DNA from: Patescibacteria group bacterium
Lineage (GTDB): Bacteria > Patescibacteriota > Minisyncoccia > UBA6257 > 2-01-FULL-56-20
Direction: 5' to 3'
Length of the DNA: 64,000 bases
Assembly: GCA_018971305.1 (NCBI GenBank)
Contig: JAGXBC010000001.1
Location: forward strand, 98,284 to 162,283
Below, piece by piece: positions 59,732 to 64,000 of the stretch. The notes beneath the pieces are model-generated. The model saw nothing but the letters and a program-made list of their open reading frames with translations. It did not search any database and was not told the origin of the DNA. Position 1 is the first letter of the stretch. Every line of letters starts with the position of its first letter. The translations under genes and the position numbers were made by a program.

Positions 59732-61065
59732 TAGAGTGTTACGGCCTTGCGGCCCGTTAATTTTTCCCACCGCCGTATCGCGACCGTAAGATACACCGGC
59801 GATTTTTCCATCATGAAGCAGCGGCGCTTCATCTTGGTCGCGGCGATCAGCGTGCTCCCCGATCCGCAAAACGGTTCAAGGACAAGATCGCCGCGATGCG
59901 TGAGCACTTTCAAATAGGGAATGAGCAGGGGCAGGGGCTTGGTCCCGAAGACGATGTTTTGCCCGCTGTGCTTCGCGTCGTCCGCGACGTGCTCGATGTA
60001 ATCGGTCGGACAAATCTTTTTTCCTTTTTCGTAACTTTCCCACGCCGGTTTTCCGGAGGTCATGAAGAGCGCGTTTTCGTATTCGTTCTGCAGCAGTTCG
60101 TCCTCCTCCGGTTCGAGATTGAGCGCGACGTCGCCGCCGGTGCCTACGACGGCAATGTCGGTTTTATTAAAGAACTTATATTTCGCCGAGAAATTTTGCA
60201 CTCTGTTCGGCACATGCCAGGTGATCGTGTTGCGATAGCGCCAGTGCTTTTCCATGGCGTTCCATATCGTCCGCAAGTTTTTTGGATTTTCAAAAACTAT
60301 TATCGAGAAATCCGGCTTCTGCACTTTCGCCACGGCATCCATCCACCGCTCGGTAAAGTCCGGCGGCAGTTCGTCCGTCCCCAAATACTTCCGGTCCTTC
60401 CTGTAGCCAAACCCTTCGGTAGGCTTGCCGTGCCGCTTGCCGCCGCGCAAATAGTGGAGGATGTAGGGCGGATCGGTAAAACACATGTCGGCCCTCTCGC
60501 CGCCCATGAGCTTCAGCATGTCCGCTTCTATGGTTGAGTCGCCGCACATGGCGCGGCTGCCATCCAGGTCGTACACGTCGCCCTTCTGTATTTCGATGGA
60601 GGCGATGTCCAATTTCTCAAGCTCGCGCTGCAGGTCAAAGACCTCGTGGTTGTCCTCAACCTGAAAGATGTCGTCCAGCTCCTCGCTCGTGAAGCCCAGG
60701 TTTTTCAGAAAACCCTCGTCGAACTCCGCGAGCGCGGCGAAGTCAAACTCGCCGACGTTTTTTGAAAGGCGAATACAGAGTTCTTTTTCGCGCTCAAGGT
60801 CAGGGATATTGACGTAGACGCAAGGAACTTTTTCATATCCCAGTTTCCGATACGCCTTGAGGCGCTGGTGGCCGCCGATCAGAACGTTCTTCCGCTGCGG
60901 CGCGGAGTTCAGGATGAGAGGGTCCACGATGCCGAACCCGACGATGGACTGCTCCAGGTCGGCGAGCCCTTTCGCGTCTATCGTTTTGGGGTTGTACTCG
61001 TTTTCGCGGATGTTCGCGATGGGAACGTATTCAATGTGCAGTTTTTCTTCTAGGATTTTGTCCAT
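59731..61065 (-). CDS. ParB-N-fused DNA N6-adenine/N4-cytosine methyltransferase
   Basis: YNPK, IGGHQR (ParB-like); TDPPY, GTKP, EPFCGSGST (beta class order). Confidence 0.88.
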   Translation of the reverse strand: MDKILEEKLHIEYVPIANIRENEYNPKTIDAKGLADLEQSIVGFGIVDPLILNSAPQRKNVLIGGHQRLKAYRKLGYEKVPCVYVNIPDLEREKELCIRLSKNVGEFDFAALAEFDEGFLKNLGFTSEELDDIFQVEDNHEVFDLQRELEKLDIASIEIQKGDVYDLDGSRAMCGDSTIEADMLKLMGGERADMCFTDPPYILHYLRGGKRHGKPTEGFGYRKDRKYLGTDELPPDFTERWMDAVAKVQKPDFSIIVFENPKNLRTIWNAMEKHWRYRNTITWHVPNRVQNFSAKYKFFNKTDIAVVGTGGDVALNLEPEEDELLQNEYENALFMTSGKPAWESYEKGKKICPTDYIEHVADDAKHSGQNIVFGTKPLPLLIPYLKVLTHRGDLVLEPFCGSGSTLIAATKMKRRCFMMEKSPVYLTVAIRRWEKLTGRKAVTL

Positions 61066-61224
61066 GGTATTAATAGATTATTTTTTGTCGACATTTTTAT
61101 TTTTATTCAACCATGCACAAATCATCCCGGTGGTTCTTGCTATTTCCTGCTGCCCGCCAAGAGAGCAATAAAAACGGGCCGCATTGGCGGCTCATTTTGC
61201 CTATTCACAAACAACCAGCAAGAA

Positions 61225-61833
61225 TCAGGTTTCTATCACGAGACCCTTGCCGGGCACCGTCCGAATGAGGGGCGATCCATCAGGACGATTGAGGGGAAAT
61301 TTGATCTTCTGTCGCTTGCGCTTGTGCTTCAATGTAGTGAGCGCGTTCGCGATGCGCTGGCGCTGAACCTTTTTGTCCTCCGCGAAACGCCGCCTCCCAT
61401 GGTGTTCAAGATATTCATAAAGGTCATCGTATGATAAAAATCCGCCTGCGTCCGATTCCTGCAAGAGCGCTTTTACGACAAGCACGTAATCCGCCATCGG
61501 ATCAGGGAAGTCGATGAGCTTGCCTCGGGTATAAAAATTATCGTCACGATATTCAAGGAGAGCCTCTTTCGCGTGTATGGTTTTTCCCGTGCCCGCGCGG
61601 ATGGCCCTGATAGAAGCTTCATCTAAATGAACGGGCTTTGAAAGGACGGGGAAGAATTTAATCGGCTTCGGGTTCAACATCTCCTGAAGTCTCTTAGCCC
61701 CTTCATTCAAAGATTTCAAGTGCGGCTCGAGATATACCGTGCTTAGCTCAGCCATTGCCTTTTTACCCTCCGACGTTTGTCGCCATTCGCGGGCCGTCAT
61801 CTGGGATTTACCTTTTTTCTTCATCGCGCGCAT
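61225..61833 (-). CDS. Hypothetical protein with a C-terminal wHTH-like region
   Basis: LSYDDLYEYL...IRTVPGKGL; TGgTAAAAT 6 nt upstream of the ATG. Confidence 0.55.
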   Translation of the reverse strand: MRAMKKKGKSQMTAREWRQTSEGKKAMAELSTVYLEPHLKSLNEGAKRLQEMLNPKPIKFFPVLSKPVHLDEASIRAIRAGTGKTIHAKEALLEYRDDNFYTRGKLIDFPDPMADYVLVVKALLQESDAGGFLSYDDLYEYLEHHGRRRFAEDKKVQRQRIANALTTLKHKRKRQKIKFPLNRPDGSPLIRTVPGKGLVIET

Positions 61834-61916
61834 GTCATAATTTTACCAATGTTCAGGGGTGTATGCCATTTGCGCCAGATCAAGCCCTCATCCAAACATG
61901 CTGCTATAATTTATTC

Positions 61917-62552
61917 ATGATTAAGGCGGTGATTTTTGATATTGACGGCACGCTCCTCGATTCATTTGAATCAAATTTTGAGTTTTATCGGGTGTTGTTA
62001 AGAGCAAGCGGCTATGAGGCTCCGACCCGAGAGGAATTCGCAAAACTTACCCACGCGACCCTGCACGACGCGATCCGGGCGTTTACCGGCGTTTCTGATC
62101 CTGATGAGATAAAGAAAATTTGGGCCGCAGGATATGATGCGGCTTCGAAAGTTCAGGATGCAGTGCTTCTCAAGGGAGCGGTTGAGGCGATTCGGGAACT
62201 CTCCAGGCGCTACGCGCTCGCCATCGCGACGAACCGGAACGCGGTGTATGTCTACGAGCCTCCCCTCGACCAGTTAAAGCCGTATTTCAAGACGAGCGTG
62301 AGCTACGAAGACACGAGGAACCATAAGCCGGACCCGGAGCCATTGCTTCTTGCAGCCACGCAGTTGGGAGCGAAGCCGATAGAGTGCGTCTACGTGGGAG
62401 ATGCGGAAGTCGACTTCCAAGCCGCCCGATCGGCCGGAATGAGATTTATTCTCTGCGGAAACGCCGCGCTCAAAGTAGCTGATGGTTATGCTACCACCCT
62501 TCAAGAGGTGCCCCGAATCCTCAAAACACTGGATAACGCCGATCAAAAGTGA
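61917..62552 (+). CDS. HAD-family phosphatase
   Basis: IFDIDGTLLDS, KPDPEP, VYVGD; TGcTATAAT 6 nt upstream of ATG 61917. Confidence 0.9.
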   Translation: MIKAVIFDIDGTLLDSFESNFEFYRVLLRASGYEAPTREEFAKLTHATLHDAIRAFTGVSDPDEIKKIWAAGYDAASKVQDAVLLKGAVEAIRELSRRYALAIATNRNAVYVYEPPLDQLKPYFKTSVSYEDTRNHKPDPEPLLLAATQLGAKPIECVYVGDAEVDFQAARSAGMRFILCGNAALKVADGYATTLQEVPRILKTLDNADQK

Positions 62553-62760
62553 GCGGCTCGTTTAGAGTCCGAAAACCCTTGCTTTTCTTTTGAATGGCAC
62601 AGCGGGATGGCATATGAGAAAGTCACCCTGTGCAGTGCCATTTGTGCCATTTTATGGAATTAAGTCCAGCTCGTGGGGCACCCTACAAGAGAGAAGAAGG
62701 GTGCGATCTTCCAAAACCCTTGTTTTTCCGTTAGAATGAACGCTACCGAGGGAGCTGTTT

Positions 62761-64000
62761 TCACTTTTCAAAACGACCCCAAAGGACGCTTGTAAAATCT
62801 CGTTGTGGTATGTTCAGTACCGACACAGCGCACACCGTAGTAAAAGTCAAATCCCCAGACACCGCCGCGCACGGCTCGGCGGCCAGTTCGTATTGTAATT
62901 TGGGGGCAAACGAGAATTCGCGGTTTCGCAAAATATGGTTCGAGCCGATGTTTTTAAGAAATGTTGTCATTGCGTTCGTGTCTCCGCTCTCAACGAGTTT
63001 TGATGCCTGATTGAGCGATAAAACGAACTCGCGGGCCGGTTCGAGCCACGACAGACCCTTGTCGGTAAAATCTTTTATTTTTTCATTGAGTTCGACCTTT
63101 CGGGAAAGCAGCTGCTCTTTCTTCGCGGCGTATTCCGTTTGGGTCAAGGCGTCGGCAAGATATGCGTCGAGAAGTTTGGACAGCTTTGCTTCGATTTTGG
63201 AAACTTCGTTTTTCAATACATCAATCTCGGCTCGCGCCTCATCTCTCGCCTTGTCCTGTTCCGCGTCGAACGCCGCTAATACTTTCTCAGCGTCCTCGCT
63301 CGATAAAGAAACTTTTTCGAGAAATGAAATTATCTGCTCCATTAGCAACTCCTCGCGCAGATAATGTTTTTCTTGGCATACACCGCCTTTCTTCGTGCAG
63401 CGATAATATGCGTGGCCTTTCTGCATTTCGGCGGTGATAGATGAGCCGCACGAGGCGCACTTCAACAAACCAAGAAAAGCGAACTTGTGCTTGCCTGTCT
63501 CTATCTCCTTGCCGCGTTTCGTCCTCACGTCTTGGCATTTATCAAAAAGTTTCTTTGATATCAGCGGTTCGTGCGTCCCTTCAAAGATTTCGCCTCGGTA
63601 TCTCATCAGGCCGACATAGAACGGGTTGGTCAAAATCTTCTGTATGTTGCTAAGCGAGATTTCCTTACCCAGATTGCCGCGCAATCCGTTCGCTTTGCAC
63701 CATAGAACGAGCGCGTGAAGCGTATAGGTGCCCGTTCCGTAAATCTCAAAGAGCTTGCGGACTTTAGGAGCTTTCTCGGTATCAACGTCTATGCCTCGCG
63801 TCTTCGGGTTGTTGAGGTAGCCAATCGGTGCCCAGCTCGGCCATACGCCGTTTCTTAGCTTCTGTCGCAAGCCGCGCTTCACATTCTCTCGAAGATTATC
63901 TACGAAATATTTGCTTTGACCGAACGCGATATTGAGCATAAATAGGCCTTGCGGTGTCGGCTCAAACCAGAACGTCGGGAACTTGAGGGACTTAATCAGG
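62761..64000 (-). CDS. Second large serine recombinase (5' part beyond the window)
   Basis: SKYFVDNLRENVKRG, APIGY, NPFYVG, HEPLIS, CASCG...YYRC, coiled coil. Confidence 0.92.
   Translation of the reverse strand, partial: LIKSLKFPTFWFEPTPQGLFMLNIAFGQSKYFVDNLRENVKRGLRQKLRNGVWPSWAPIGYLNNPKTRGIDVDTEKAPKVRKLFEIYGTGTYTLHALVLWCKANGLRGNLGKEISLSNIQKILTNPFYVGLMRYRGEIFEGTHEPLISKKLFDKCQDVRTKRGKEIETGKHKFAFLGLLKCASCGSSITAEMQKGHAYYRCTKKGGVCQEKHYLREELLMEQIISFLEKVSLSSEDAEKVLAAFDAEQDKARDEARAEIDVLKNEVSKIEAKLSKLLDAYLADALTQTEYAAKKEQLLSRKVELNEKIKDFTDKGLSWLEPAREFVLSLNQASKLVESGDTNAMTTFLKNIGSNHILRNREFSFAPKLQYELAAEPCAAVSGDLTFTTVCAVSVLNIPQRDFTSVLWGRFEK

Larger units (their letters stand above)
45359..64000. mobile_element. 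Integrated genomic island(s) downstream of tRNA-Arg; right end not in the window
   Basis: Abrupt switch from core to defence/phage genes, two large serine recombinases, local GC increase. Confidence 0.8.

Overview
Bacterial chromosome segment, most likely from a Patescibacteria/CPR (Parcubacteria-like) genome. This is inferred from the unlinked 23S-5S locus with insertions, the complete type IV pilus/ComF cluster, single-chain PheRS, tRNA-Arg(GCG), mostly CCA-less tRNAs and CPR-type palindromes. TGA acts as a stop codon, so the code is 11. 1-5.6 kb: minus-strand rRNA transcript without 16S. It holds a consensus promoter, two tRNA genes with aberrant anticodon loops enclosed in a long stem, a 23S with an L1931 group I intron (LAGLIDADG ORF, apparent terminal A instead of G) plus a helix-45 IVS, and a 5S bracketed by 70-bp inverted repeats. 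5.6-26 kb: housekeeping genes (dut, cca, pheS, murD, gatCA, ligA) interleaved with stand-alone orphan cassettes. The cassettes carry strong Shine-Dalgarno sites, while the core genes are leaderless or SD-less. 26-45 kb: type IV pilus locus with large Ig-repeat surface proteins. 45.3-64 kb: island downstream of tRNA-Arg containing a TM/NARF-like gene plus two tandem cGAS/DncV-like nucleotidyltransferases (CBASS-like), a serine recombinase, an eight-gene GHKL-ATPase/C5-methyltransferase/Vsr/nuclease/HEPN operon, a high-GC terminase module lacking capsid genes, and a second recombinase. All protein calls come from motif recognition by eye; no database searches were run.
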